The notes: a model not told the origin generated them from the letters alone. Positions 38,760-52,279 are shown, counted from the first letter of the stretch. The stretch: 64,000 nucleotides of DNA from the human T2T-CHM13v2.0 reference genome, Homo sapiens (GCF_009914755.1 NC_060934.1); one strand, 5' to 3'. Numbers and translations: made by a program.

Positions 38760-39770
38760 TATCCACATCCAAAAGAGCAGAACATTGCTGGAGAAAACCT
38801 CTTAAACAGAAGATGGGCTTTACTTTGTATTAAAAAATGAGTCAACTCTGTCTAATAATCTTACCACAATTGTGTAAAAAACTCATTTTTATACTGTAAA
38901 GAAAAATGAATTCATAGAGCTTCTTTTTTTCCTAAAAGCTACTGACCATCCTAAGTACTTCTTGAGACAAGGGAAGACTTTGTATTTCATGAGGTAATGG
39001 AAGATCTAAATGGAAACTTCCTCATCCTCCCAACAACTAACCTCAAAATCCATTTCCTCAATGTCTGTCTTCTCATTTTGCCCTTCTGTTAAAATTAACT
39101 CAGTGATCTGCCTTCTACCAATGGCCAGTGCGTTCATAGTTTGATTCCTTTCATGCATACTTGCTCAATGATTTGGCCATTTATCCCTTCTTTCTGTTGA
39201 AACATACATATCCCTTTCTTAAATGGTCATTGATAACATTTTATAAACGTAGTTTAGAATTTCTCATTTTTGAAAAAGAAAGAAAAATCTTATTTCCTTC
39301 TCATTTATTTCCTGCTACCACCCTATTTCTTCTACCTGTTGTTTTTCCTATACCAATATTTCTCTAAGAAGTCATTTATATATTCTGTCACTAACCTCCT
39401 CTCTTCATTCTTCAACCATTGCAACTTGGATTTCTCTCAGACCACTGTATGAAGCTGCTCTTGTCAAGGTCACCAAATTCAGTTGCCCCGTATTTGTCTT
39501 CATCTTCTCACCTCACAGCTTCATTTGACACATTTGATGATGTTCTCCTATTTAAAACACTTTCTGGTTTTTGGTTACATCTCACTTTTCAGGATTCTTC
39601 CTGTCTCTCAGGCTGTATTTCACAATCTAACTTGAAGCCTATTTTTTTTTCTATTCTCAATCTTAAAATTTTCAAATTCCACAGGGCTCCTTCACTTTCC
39701 TTTCTACTGCCCTCTCCTATGTTATCTCATTCCTTCCCAGGGAGTTAAGTTACAATCTTAGACATGGTGA
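38760..39770 (+). mobile_element. L2 ORF2 (RT region) remnant
   Basis: gaagctgctcttgtcaaggtcacc (EAALVKVT) and ctcacagcttcatttgacacatttgat (LTASFDTFD, resembling LSAAFDTVD). Confidence 0.78.
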
Positions 39771-40084
39771 AGATGTTTCTGGCAGTGTGCTCTAGAGCTA
39801 GTTAAATTCTGGGTAAGCCTGGTGAATCTAACAGTAAAGTTGAGGCATGAATCTAGTTGCTACTGGTAAGGACTTCATCTCTCTCAGAGACTGCTGTAAG
39901 CATGGGTATAGTGTGAGAAGTGGGCATGTGAGCTGCATTGGCTGGCGGCAGCCCTCTTGGTAAATGCCGACCAATGGCATCTGCCCTTCTTCTCTCTGTG
40001 GCCTGCTTTGCCCTTTCTGTGTTGTCTGGTTTGTCTGGTGAGAATGTACCTTTGCTGCTATAATTTTCATTAGGCAAATATTTC

Positions 40085-41090
40085 TCTTTATTTAAACTTT
40101 TAGGTTCAGGGGTACATGTGATGGTGTGTTACATAGGTAATCTCCTGTCATAGGGTTCTGTTGTAGAGATTATTCCATCACCCAGGTATTAAGACCAGTA
40201 CCCCATAGCTGACTTTTCTGCTCCTCTCCCTCCTCCAAGCCTCCACCCTGAAGTAGATCCCAGTGTCTGTTTTTTCCTTGCCTGTGTTCCTAAGTTCTCA
40301 TCATCTAGCTCCTACTTTTAAGTGAGAACATGCAGTATTTGGTTTCTGTTCCTGCATTAGTTTACTAAGGATAATGGCCTCCAACTCCATCCATGTTCCC
40401 ACAAAACACATGATCTCTTTCTTTTTATGGCTGCATAGTATTCCATGTTGTACATGTACCACATTTTCTTTATCCAGTCTGTCATTGATGGGCGTTGAGG
40501 TTGATTCCATGTCTTTGCTATTGTGAGTAATGCTGCAATGAACTTACACATGCATGTGACTTTATGGTAGAATAATTTCTATTCCTCTGGGTATATACCC
40601 ATAATGGGATTACTAGTTCGAATGGTAGTTCTGCTTTTAGCTCTTTGAGGAATTGCCATACTGCTTTCCACAATGGTTGAACTAATTTACACTAGCATCA
40701 ACAGTGTATAAGTGTTCCCTTTTCTTCACAACCTCGTAAGCATTTATTTTTTGACTTTTTAATAATAGCCATTCTGACTGGTGTGAGATGGTATCTCACT
40801 GTGATTTTGATTTGCATATCTGTAATGATCAGTGATATTGAGCTTTTTTTTCATATGCTTATTGGCTGCATGTATGTCTTTTTTTGAGAAGTGTCTTTTC
40901 ATATCCTCTGCTCACTTTTTAATGTTTTTTTCTTGCAAATTTGTTGAAGTTCCTTATAAATGCTGGATATTAGACTTTTGTCAGATACATAATTTTCACA
41001 TGTTTTCTCCCATTCTCTAGGTTGTCTGTTTACACTGTTGATAGTTTCTTTTGCTGTGCAGAAGCTCTTAAGTTAGTTCCCATTTGTTGA
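40085..41090 (-). mobile_element. L1PA13-16-like 3' end (~1 kb, 5'-truncated)
   Basis: ggttcaggggtacatgtg..gattattccatcacccaggtattaag..; ORF 40357-40551 FIAALLTIAKTWNQP..DWIKKMWY is the ORF2 C-terminus. Confidence 0.93.
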
Positions 41091-41149
41091 TTTAGCATTT
41101 TTTTTCTTGATCATGAGCCTGACACTGGTATGGGTGCTGGGACTGAGAC

Positions 41150-41365
41150 AATAATAACAGTTAACCCTGACATAGAATTTACTTTGTGCCAGACATGTTT
41201 CTAAGTCCTGTAATACGTGAATTTATTTAATCCTCACAAATACCACATTTTACAGATGAGGACACGTAGACTCAGTGAGGTGAAGTAAGTTTCCCAAGGT
41301 CAAAAGGCTGGGAAGTGGCAGAGCTGGCTTTGCACCCAGAAGGTTTGGCTCCAAATCCTTGAAGT
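41150..41365 (-). mobile_element. MIR
   Basis: tttaatcctcacaa..cattttacagatgaggacac..gaggtgaagtaagtttcccaaggtca. Confidence 0.85.
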
Positions 41366-41848
41366 CACCAGCTGGTGAGAAGAGACACAACACTCGCTAC
41401 ATTACAAGGTGGTAAAAGATGAAAGAGAGGTTTGGAACACGTGGAGCTCTAGGGAGGAAGGTCCTTTCTCCACCTGGGAATGATTTCCAGAGGCAATAGC
41501 CATTTGGGCTAGGATTTGACATTTCTAACAAAGGAGTAGAAACAATCTCACAAGAGAGAAATGCATTGCAAATTGCAGAAACAAGGAAGGGTGTGGCCAT
41601 CTTGAGGCACTTCGAGACTTTCATGGTGGCTAGAGGATAAGCTTGTGTTGCTTTTGCTGTGAGGAAGGAGATGGCTCAGAATGATGCAAAGTCACCAGCT
41701 TGGCCATTAGCAGGCTCAGCTCAAGTGCCTATTGCCTGAATTACCATTCTTCCTTATCTCTACAAGGCAGTTACACAAGAAAAACCCCTTGGGTGTCTCT
41801 CAGCTAAGATTTTTTTGTAGTTATAGAAAACCTCCTAAACCCTAAGCC

Positions 41849-41947
41849 ATGACTCAGCTTTCCTGCAGATTAATCTAGATGATCTAAGCCTAGTTCTGTC
41901 ACTGCACATAACTCAGGCCCCACCTCCTATTGCATACCATTTAAAAG
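41849..41947 (+). promoter_or_regulatory. Candidate promoter/enhancer motif cluster
   Basis: ATGACTCAGC (AP-1/ARE-like) 41849-41858, GGCCCCACCTCC 41916-41927, ATTGCATAC 41929-41937, CATTTAAAAG 41938-41947; motif evidence only. Confidence 0.3.
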
Positions 41948-42654
41948 CAGGGTGAGCAGCAATCAAGACCTGCTGGAACTGAGGGGGTTCCTCGATTGCA
42001 TTACATTAAGTACTGAAATATGGTAATTGCAGACAAATCAGGAAGAATGGGATAAACTATCTGAAGTCTACCTGATGTGCCAGAAATAAGATGCATGACA
42101 ACTCATAATGCAAAGACGTCAAATTCGCATTTCTCTAAAGTATAGAATAACTGTTAAATAAATATAGAGATGCTCATTTTAGTTTTACATTCTTTTAACC
42201 TCTACTATTCTAGTTATTTTCTCTTATCAGGTTTGTGTTGTCTAACAGGTCTGCTTCCGAGCTTAACCTCATATTCTTGGGCATTTCTCTCCCTATCGGA
42301 TATATAGTCTTCCATGTTTTTGTTATTTTCTACAAAGGAAAGTGCTCTATTTTTTGATTATTTAAATATTACATGTTCCTTCTAAAAATATTAAATATAT
42401 AAAAAACATAACAAAAAATTCAAAATCACATGAAATTATATTACTCTGAGATAACCACCATTAATAATTTGTTGAACATACTTGCATTTGTTTGTGCATA
42501 TGCATATTTTTGTATGCATGCATAAAATTTCATAAAATCGTATTATTACTCCTTCCTAACTTATTTTCCCCTCTCATCTATGTATTTTTTTTTCTCTTTC
42601 TTCCTAATACCATCCAGCTGATCATGGTAACCACTGTTGATTTCTTGGAGCATA

Positions 42655-43085
42655 GACTTCAGTTGAGTTCAGGTCCTCAAGATGCAGATTCCAAGACAGG
42701 ATTATATGTGAATAAAGATGTATTTAGGGAATTACCTACACAAGATAAAGGGAAGGAAGGAGAAGTTGAGAGGAGCCTTTAAACAGGCCTGACTTCCATG
42801 AAGGAAAAGAGAAAGTCTGAGACTACCGTCTAGTTCTGAAAAAGTTTGGCTAAGCCGAGGGGGATTCATTGAACCAAACTCACCCAGTTGAGTACTTACA
42901 ACTTGAAGGAATGGGCCTCTATTATGAGCCATGCTGTGTCCAGTCATCAGGTGCTAGTAGCCTGTATGAAGAGTGGTCTTAGTATGAACAAGGGTTGGAC
43001 CCAGAAGGACAGCAGCTGGTACGTTTCCTGCAACCCAGAAGGACAGCTTGTATGTTTCCTACAGCAGATCTGAGCAGCATGTAGC
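42655..43085 (-). mobile_element. LTR16-family (ERVL) LTR
   Basis: gcagattccaagacaggatt..tagttctgaaaaagtttggctaagccg..ggaatgggcct..cagtcatcagg..cagcagctgg. Confidence 0.68.
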
Positions 43086-43089
43086 TTCC

Positions 43090-44810
43090 TTCATATTTGT
43101 ATGGCAAAGTGCAAATGCACATGCATGCATAATGGTCCTTAGTCATTGTTTTTACAAATATAAAATCATTTTATGTACACTAAATATTGCTCTTGTCACT
43201 AAACAGTATCAATGGAAAGTCATCCAAGTGCAGCAAATATAGGACTCATTCTTTTCAAGGGACACCATACTTTCCAATACTTATATATCCAAATTTACTC
43301 AAGCCATTTGTTATTAATGAGAATTCTCTTGAGGCCTAAATATAAAGTATTAAAACACTTGTAAATAAAAAATTTACAAGTTTTGTTTTGCTTAAAATTA
43401 GGAATTTAATATATATATATAGTAAGTCAGTTGTAACACTTCCATTTTCCTTGAGCTTCCAAAATTTTGTTGACATCAATTTTTTTCATTGTCATCATCT
43501 TTCCTATTAAGTTTATCTTCAAGTATTCATGTTTTTAAAGATATATATACTTAATCTTTTTAATTCTCATTTTTGCTTTGAGGAATAATTAAAAATAAAA
43601 ATGTGTTAATATATCATATTTCATGATTTATTGTTACATATTAACTTTTAACTTATTTTTTCCAGTTTTTAAAAAGTTGGTATTTTATTTGCAATTTTAT
43701 ATTAAGAACTGATTTGATTTTCAGGTGACTGACATTTTTATTATTTTTTATTGTATCCAAGAATAAGATATGTCATTACTTAAGTTCAGGCTATGTTTTA
43801 TTTCTTTCAATAAGATTTAATAATTATTTCCTCATATGTTTTATAACTTTCTTATTAAATTAATTCTTATGTATATGATAGTATTATCACTTCTGAGAAC
43901 AGAATGTTTTCCATTTTTACTTATATTTTGGATAAGTATCATATATCCAACTACCTTAAGTGTTCCTTTATTAATTTGATTGCTTCTTTAATTGGCCATC
44001 TTGTTTTATCTAGATTTATTATGATATTTTCAGTAAAATTATAGTTTTATTTTTCTTTCAATCTTTATCTGAATTTATTAAAAATGTTAATCATATTTTA
44101 TGTAACTATAGTATTAATAGACACTTCCATCTTATCCATATCATAATAGAAATGGCTTTAGTATTTTGGTTTTTAAAAGTTGTAAGTTTTTGTGAAATGT
44201 CTCATATTAAAGAGTATTTCCTCTTTTTCTATTTTAATTTCATTTTAAATAAGAAACGACTGGTTTATTTAATTAAGTAATGTTTTATGTATTGAAATAA
44301 TTATATGACTCTTTTTCTGTTAGTTTTTCAATGATGCATGAGTCTTATAGGTCCCTAATATATTAACTAAATCATTATTGTGTTCTACCTGGTAGTATTT
44401 ATTGAAGATTACTGTATCTTTGCAGACATAGATCTATTTCTAATATACCAATATTCCTGTTCTATAATTTTCTTTCTTTTACTCTCTTTACTGGGATTGA
44501 TTTTTCATTTCATGCCTGCATTAAAAATGAATTGATAAAGTGTCCATCTCTTCCTATAGTCTGTAAAATTTTAATTATCTTTGTAATTGTCTGCTATTTA
44601 AAAAGAAAGCTAGACTTAGGAAAAGGAAGTATGTTGTTTTAATGCCTCTTGGGGGAGGAAGGGATAAAATCTTTAATCATTTACTTGCACCTTCCACCGT
44701 AAATGGCCTATTTAAATTTGCTGCTTTTTGTTGTTGTTGTTGTTAACTTTGCTGCTTTAAAATTTACAGTATGCCATCATTTTTACCTGGCCTTTAAAAT
44801 GTATTGAAAT
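43090..44810 (-). mobile_element. Highly decayed L1ME-like fragment
   Basis: T-rich strand with L1 antisense-like phrases (tttcttattaaattaattcttatgtat; atagaaatggctttagtattt). Confidence 0.6.
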
Positions 44811-44814
44811 ATTT

Positions 44815-45153
<339 letters not shown>

Positions 45154-46049
45154 TCACATTTCTCAGTTTTGCTTAAACCAGATTTGTCTATTCCAATTCT
45201 CCACCATATTCTCTGTCTCATGCAGACTTGCATGTGTAAAATAACCTTAACTGTAATATCTAGAGAAATTGAGAGGAAAAGACATAGAGGTGAGGAGATG
45301 TCAGCTCCTGAAAGATTTTTAACCATCATAAGCCATTTGAACTTCAATATGAGGGCAATAGGGGTAGGGCATAGAACTATATTAAGCACCAAAGTTACTT
45401 AATGAGACTGGTTTATTTTAAATTCTCTACTTCTTTTCTCTTAAAGTGGTCGTTAATAACATGCATCTTGGAATTAGACAAACCTTCCTACATTTATTTG
45501 ATTTATGACTTTAAGCCTGAGGTTCCATATCAATAAAAATTGAGACACTAATTTTGTTTTCACAAGGGACATCTGAAATATTACGGTGCTAAATTATGTG
45601 CACAGTGCTTATTACATAGTAAACAATCAATAAATGATATTCAATCAACAATCACCATCATCTTCGTCTTCATCATAGTTTCTATCTCTATTATGTTACA
45701 GATATAGGTAAATGTGGTCTTTTTAGTGAAGCATATAGATTTTTCCCACAGTCTTGATTGGAAAAGTGAGAGTATAGCTGATTGAGAGAACTCACTGTCA
45801 GCTGCCAACCAATACAGACTGTTCAACTTTTGTTTTTATTTTGTTGAAAGGTCTTTCTCTTGCTTTCATAGCTTGCTGTAAATACTGCATTCTAATCACT
45901 ATGATATAAATATTTTTGATAAAAGAATTAATGGAAAAGTAATTGTAGAGACAAAAAACTGAGAAAGTTTGGCATTAATTATCTTGAAACACAGTCAGTC
46001 CCTCTGTCATTTGCAGATAGTCACTACTTTTAAAAGCAAATAGTTCTAT

Positions 46050-46400
46050 TGGTCATGGCAACTCTCAGTAGCAGCTATGAGAAATAACCAACTCATGGCT
46101 GAATATAGTAAAAGTTTTTTCTCAATCACATCACAGTTTAATGTTTGTTGGGTGGCTCTCCTGAGCAGCACCATTCCTCTGGAGTGACGTGGGGACCTAC
46201 TGCTTCTATCTAGTGGTCGGCCTTGTTGGAATTTTCTATTTCTAGCTGTAAGGGCAAGGGACACAGAGTGGGTGGGGAGGGGACACAGAGTGGGTGGGGA
46301 GGGCACCCTGGCTCTTTACTCCCTGAATCCTAACATGGCACACTGCACTTCCAGTCACGTTTTAGTGGCCAGATATTAGTCACAAGGTCAAGTATAAATG
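46050..46400 (-). mobile_element. Old MLT1 (J-L-like) LTR remnant
   Basis: gtttttctcaatcacatcacag..cacttccagtcacgttttagtggccagatattagtcacaagg. Confidence 0.55.
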
Positions 46401-47004
46401 TATATTTCAGCCTTCTGATATTTGCACACAGACTTCCTGAGTGTGCAGAAAGAGAAAAATGGGCAGTTTAGGAAACCCAGGGATGTGGGGAGGTGAGTGT
46501 ATACCCACGTATATAATAAGCCAGCAACAGCTAAAGATTTAGAACATGGCATCCAGATCCATAGTCATTTTTTAAATGGACAAATACCATAGTCATTTTT
46601 TAAAACTTTGATGAGATTATGAATGAGAAACAATTGAACATTATTTTTTGAAGCCATTATTTATTTATGACATTTCCTATTCATTTTACATTTTTTTCAC
46701 ATACGTAAAAGAGAAAAATTGGATGTACATATGCGTGCTTAACAGTGGAATAGTGTTGACATATTTTCCCCTCAGGGTTTCACCGGGAGTTCTTAACTAA
46801 AAAATATGTATCCTCATAATTAATTAAGAATGTTATTAATTTTGCATCAATAATCATTATCTAGGTGATTTTATTTCATTTAATCATGCAATATGGCTAT
46901 TTCTACCTCTGAGAGTCAGCCTGTTCCCTGAGATTTTTTCTAATTTTTTATACCCAGAAAACTTAGTATTTATGTATATTTTCAGAAAAAGTATTAGGTG
47001 AATA

Positions 47005-47270
47005 TTTATATTTTTATTATTTTATTTTCTTTAAATACAATATGTCACATACTTATATATGTGATATGTTTCACATATATCAAAACATCACATATTTATG
47101 GTGAACAATATGATGTTTTGATTTGTGTGCTATAAACAAATCCAGCTAATTAATATATCCATCATCTCACCTACTTATCATTTTTTGTGATGAGAACATT
47201 TAAAATCTACTCTTTTAGCAATTTTGAAATATACAGTACATCATTATTAACTATAGATACCAAGCTAATT
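47005..47270 (-). mobile_element. L1MA 3' end
   Basis: gctaattaatatatccatcatctcacctacttatcattttttgtgatgagaacatttaaaatctactcttttagcaattttgaaatatac. Confidence 0.88.
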
Positions 47271-49349
47271 ATGAAACTAAAATTTTCTATCTTTTTGATG
47301 TTTCAACAATTTCAATATTTTGAAAATATTTAATAACTGAAGTGTTATTCATTTGAGTATCTTAAGATGATATATTCAAAGAGAGATCATACAATATGAT
47401 AATGCTATTAAGCATTTTTACAAATGTTCAATGATATTAAACAAATTAAAATTAAAAGTACTTCTATTTGTGATGAGCTCTTAATACATAAGGGGTCATT
47501 TTTTGAGAAACAGCTGTTATATTACTTTCTTTTCTCAGGTATGTAGTTAACAGATAAAAGTTTAGATAATGAATAAAATCTCACAGATCACTTTTCCATG
47601 TGCATACATTGTTTGGATAAACAACTGATTAATGATGTCTCATCCTTTCAATCAGAAATGTATTTGTAGGAAATAAAAAGTGTGAATGCTTGAGCTGAGG
47701 CTGTCAGTGATATTATTTTGCATAATTATATTTTCTGTTGATTCATTTTGCATATTTCTTTGGATGGAGCTTCTCTGAATTGATTAAAACTTCCATTTTA
47801 TCACCTATTTGAATTTAATTTTTGCTCAGGAAATTCTGCTTCGAATGGACATTTTGATGCATCATATTCATAAGAAAAGGAAAAGAAAGCATAGAAGGTG
47901 AGGGGCCTGGGAGTTTCCACTTACCTTGATCCCTGTACCATTTATTTGCTGGTTACCAGTTCCTCCTCTCTGATATGTGGTTGGGATAAAGTTAATGGGT
48001 AACCTTTCAGGCTCAACATTTCTCAGCGTAACACTTCTCTTTGAACCATAGAGAAAGAGAAATTCTTAGACTCTAACACTCTATCTTGTTGCTCTTAAGA
48101 TTCCAGGTGAATCCGGACACAAAGTGCCTATTTTACACAATAGGATCCTGTTGTGCTGAGTGTGTCAGAGCATAGGCTGGCATCTCATAGCTCTTACTGT
48201 TAAAAGAAAAAAAAATATGGCAATTATTTCTTTGTCGTGAGATGACATTCTCTGAGTGCTCAGTATCTTCTTAACTCAGCAGGAATACTCTTTGTAATAT
48301 AGAAAGCATACAAGACAAAAGGCACCTTCCCAATTTGTGTGTTCTTTCTTTTAATCTTGACAAAAGTATTGCAGGCCTCTTTGGTGCCAGATTCTGTATA
48401 ATACCCTGAAATGCAGAGACCTTGTGTGCTTAGATGACTAATACAATTAGATGACAGGGCAAAAAGAACACTGTTGGGAACGAGGTTCAGGAAGAGTTTG
48501 TCATAAGGATACGAAGTGGAAGGGCATTCCCCGCCAGAGAAAGCAGCAGCAGGAGGAGCAGACCTAAGATGGAATAATATGAACATATGGCAAACTATAA
48601 ATTTCATGGAAGACTTGAATGTGAAGTGTTGGGGAAAATGCCAGGTAGGCAGGACATATAGCCACACCCTACTACAGAGAATCATTGTTTCTCCTTCCTT
48701 ACACATTTGGTCTTCTAGGCAGTTTATCTCATGTACATGGAGAGTGAATATGGGTTCTGACTTGGCCTTGTACAGCCAGTTAATGACTTCCCTGGATTCC
48801 AACACCAAAAGATTCAGTCTCTGAAACTAGTTAATAGATAATTGGAAAAATGCTGCAAGCAGTTTTCTCAGGATATTCATACTCAGGATCCAGGTTGTAG
48901 CTCCTGTTTTGTGGGTAACAGCCTTGACTTTCATCCTTCAATCCCCACCAAACACACACAGACAGATTTTGATAGATAAGCCAGTCTCCAGTGGCCCACT
49001 TTATGCAATCTAGACACCTAACAGTCTCCTTGTTTCCATCTGAAGCTGATTTTTGTTTTTTGATCGGCACTACCACTCTCAGGCTTGGTTGATTGGAGAA
49101 TTTGTGATGCACACCTGTCCTCAATTCCAGAATGCTGGGAAAGTCATTGACATGACTTTCTTCAGATGATTTGGTTTGGGCCGTATTAAATTTTGACTAT
49201 TTCACCACCTTCTAATCTAGTACTTAGATTCATTCCAGCGTTGGAAGGTATGTAATTCTGTTGTGATATTAAGGTCACTACAGAATCAGGGCAAAGAGGA
49301 GAAACACAGAAAAATGAAAACAAAACACGCAGGCTTCTAATGAGAAGTC

Positions 49350-49600
49350 GCATGATACAGACTTTAAAAGCATGGGTTTGTGAGCAAGACCTGGCTTGAA
49401 ATTCCTCTTGTTCTACCTCTTATTCGCCATAGAGATGATTGAGCAGTTGACATAACTAGTGACTTAGTTTCGTCTTCCATAAAATGTTTTTCTACATTAT
49501 TAGCTTACTGTGATGAAAAAATAGGATAATGCATGCAAAGCTCCTTTTCCCAGTACGTGGCACTTAATAAGCCCTCCGTGAATGTTAACTATTATTCTTA
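49350..49600 (+). mobile_element. MIR
   Basis: aaagcatgggtttg..agacctggcttgaaattcc..cttagtttcgtcttccataaaatg..gataatgcatgcaaagc. Confidence 0.75.
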
Positions 49601-50329
49601 CTTTCATGATGGTTTGTAATCCCAAGAAAAGATAACAACCGTTTTTCCTTTTGGCTTCTTTCTTTGGTTGTTTTATTTTGTTTGTTTGCTTGTTAAGTGT
49701 TCAATAGATATTTGCTATTTTTTAATATAACAGTTGACTGTTCTTACTTTTTTGGGAGGTGGATGTATGCAATGTATTAAATATGGTAAATTTTCAGAAT
49801 CGAAGAAAAATGCTTCGTTATAATACATCATGGAATAGCACACGTGTGATATCTTAGGTGTTGGACCACCTGAGAAGTAAAGGATTATCCTCTACATTTT
49901 GAAAAGTTCTGTGGGTGAAAAGAAGAAGGCATGGCCAAAGAATCCGAAATTAATGGATTAGTTATCTCTCAAAAATGGAATTTAGTTTATAAAGTTATAA
50001 TTAATAAAATAATTAATAAATTACCCATTGGGACAGAAAGGGAAAACATATGAAAGACATATGTTTATATCCCAAAATGCTCTGACGAACTTAGATTTGA
50101 AAAGAAAAGACCATGTCAGGAATAGTCACATGAGGGTTACAGATTTTTGTCTTTATTATGATGTGGTATTTTGTTTGGACCTGAGAATTGGTAGTGATAG
50201 ATTAACTTACCAAGTAGTAGATATTTAATCAATAAAAAATTTTTCTAAATAAAAAAATAGTCGTCTGAAACATAATGGGCTTTGTTAGTGGGAGGTTGTT
50301 TAGGTCAATACAAGATAATCACTGGTGAT

Positions 50330-50715
50330 GTTGTTTTGCTCTGCTGTGGGAACAAATAAATTCCAAAGTTGTAGTGTCCTCACAGTAAAGGAGTTTATTT
50401 CTTATTCATGTAGAGTTGCTGTAGGTCTGGTGACTCTTCACAGCAATACTCTTCCAAGCGATACCTGAAGGATCCACGCTGTTTTCACCTCTGTCTCCAC
50501 CATCTAAACCCACAGGTTCCATGGTCATCTTTGAAGGGCAGAGAGAGACAAAGGAGCCCCATCAGTTCTTAATTCTTCATATTGGAAATGAAGATTTTTA
50601 TGGTCATATTTCTGTTTCCTAATAATATTTATACTTAGCTCCCATTCTGTCTATGAGGAAGTCTTGGAAGTACTATTTTCCTGTGATATAGGAAACACCT
50701 AACACTCTCGGCCAC
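50330..50715 (-). mobile_element. Old MLT1 (K/L-like) LTR remnant
   Basis: aaaggagtttatttcttattcatg..ggatccacgctgttttcacc..ggttccatggtcatc. Confidence 0.6.
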
Positions 50716-51809
50716 TAAGGATATTTCTCATGACTGGACTATAGGACAATCCTAAATCTACTGTCAGAAATTCCGATGATTAATAATCAGGGTTTGCAAA
50801 ATTTATCAAATGAATCTTTAACTAAACAATGCCTGGAAAAGAGTGTTTAAACTGGAGAAATACACACTACCCACAGTTAAAATTTAGTGTCTGCCTGGGT
50901 ATAAAGAATGTATTATATCTGGTAAACATCCATCCCTAGATACATAAGAGCACTAAGAGGCTTCTCTTGTAAATCTCCTCTGTGTGTATAGGTAGTTACA
51001 CTTGACATTTGCTTTGCTTGTTCAAAGCTGTCTCTAATAGCTCAGCTAAGGAGATAATATGTGAGACAAATACATATAAATCAATCTCATATGCAAGATA
51101 TTTCTGTCTCTATAAATGATCCTGTACTCCTTCTTGCCATCTCTAGGAGCTTAATTCCTTACTCCTTCATTGAATTGTCCTAAATCCTGCTGGTACTGCT
51201 TCCAAATGTCTCTTCAGAGGTAGTTTCTTTACACCATTACAAATGATTTTTTTCTTTAATGAAGGCCCTCATATTTCATCTTCAAACTAATTAATGAACT
51301 CATATATATTCCACTTTTTTGTAGCACCTCTTCTTTTGCAGCTGCAGCTGCCAAAATCATACACCTAAAGCTGAAGACAGTAAGGACCATTGTAGTTAAG
51401 CCTGGACATCCTGGAGTGAGACACCCTGTAACCTTGGACTTTTCTTAGCCTTTCTCCTTAGTTTTGTCATTTCTTAAATGAGAGATAAGAGTATCTTATG
51501 GGCCTAAAAGAGGAAGATAATGAAAATATTATACATTAAAACATCATGGCACAAATGAACTAGAACGGATGCAGGCCATAGTTGGACAAATGCCATACCC
51601 TTCATTGCTGGATCATGGAAGCTTCTAGGAGTATTCTTGATAAGGAATAAAGAGGCAAAGTCATGAAGGAGGACACACTTGCCTAGGTTTTGGCAGTGGT
51701 CATTTATCAGCATTACAGGAGCAGTTTAGTAATTTAATATTAGTGTGAGCTACCTATCAGCTGAACATCAGCTTTAGTTTAGTTAACTCTGTGAAAACAC
51801 TGAACACAG

Positions 51810-52110
51810 TGTACAGTCAAGGCTAGGTTAGGAAATGCTGAAGTAACAAATAAATCCAGATCTTCAGGTATTAACAAAAATTAGTTTATTCTAGAATGAT
51901 GGATTTAGCTTGGGAACAGAGCCTGGAGATTTGTCCATAGCTCTAAAGCACTTCTCCCTGAAGGTGGCCCCCTTTACTTCTGCACATATTCCATTGACCA
52001 AAGCAAGTTTCATGGTCATCCCATCATTAAAAGAGTAGAGAAGTACTCAGAAGAGGTGAGTTAGGCATATCGAAGAGCCAGGGTAATGTCTAAATATATG
52101 ATGTCTAGCT
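51810..52110 (-). mobile_element. Old MLT1 LTR remnant
   Basis: ggctaggttaggaaatgctgaagtaacaaataaatcc..acttctgcacatattccattgaccaaagcaagtttcatgg. Confidence 0.65.
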
Positions 52111-52279
52111 CATTGTTAAGTGCTCCAGTTATTATTAAAGTGTATTCTGATTTTTTCATTTCTCAGTTCAAATTACGTTTATTGGATCTGCTTTACCTCC
52201 TTATAACACGGAAACTCCTTGTTGTCGTTGACACTCATTGTGATGTAAATCCTAACTACATTCCTGTTTATATGTTATA

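Noticed and set aside
48260-48808. Longest ORF in the window (182 aa, minus strand)
   Set aside because: No recognisable domain, non-ATG start, overlaps L2-like remnant; consistent with a chance ORF.
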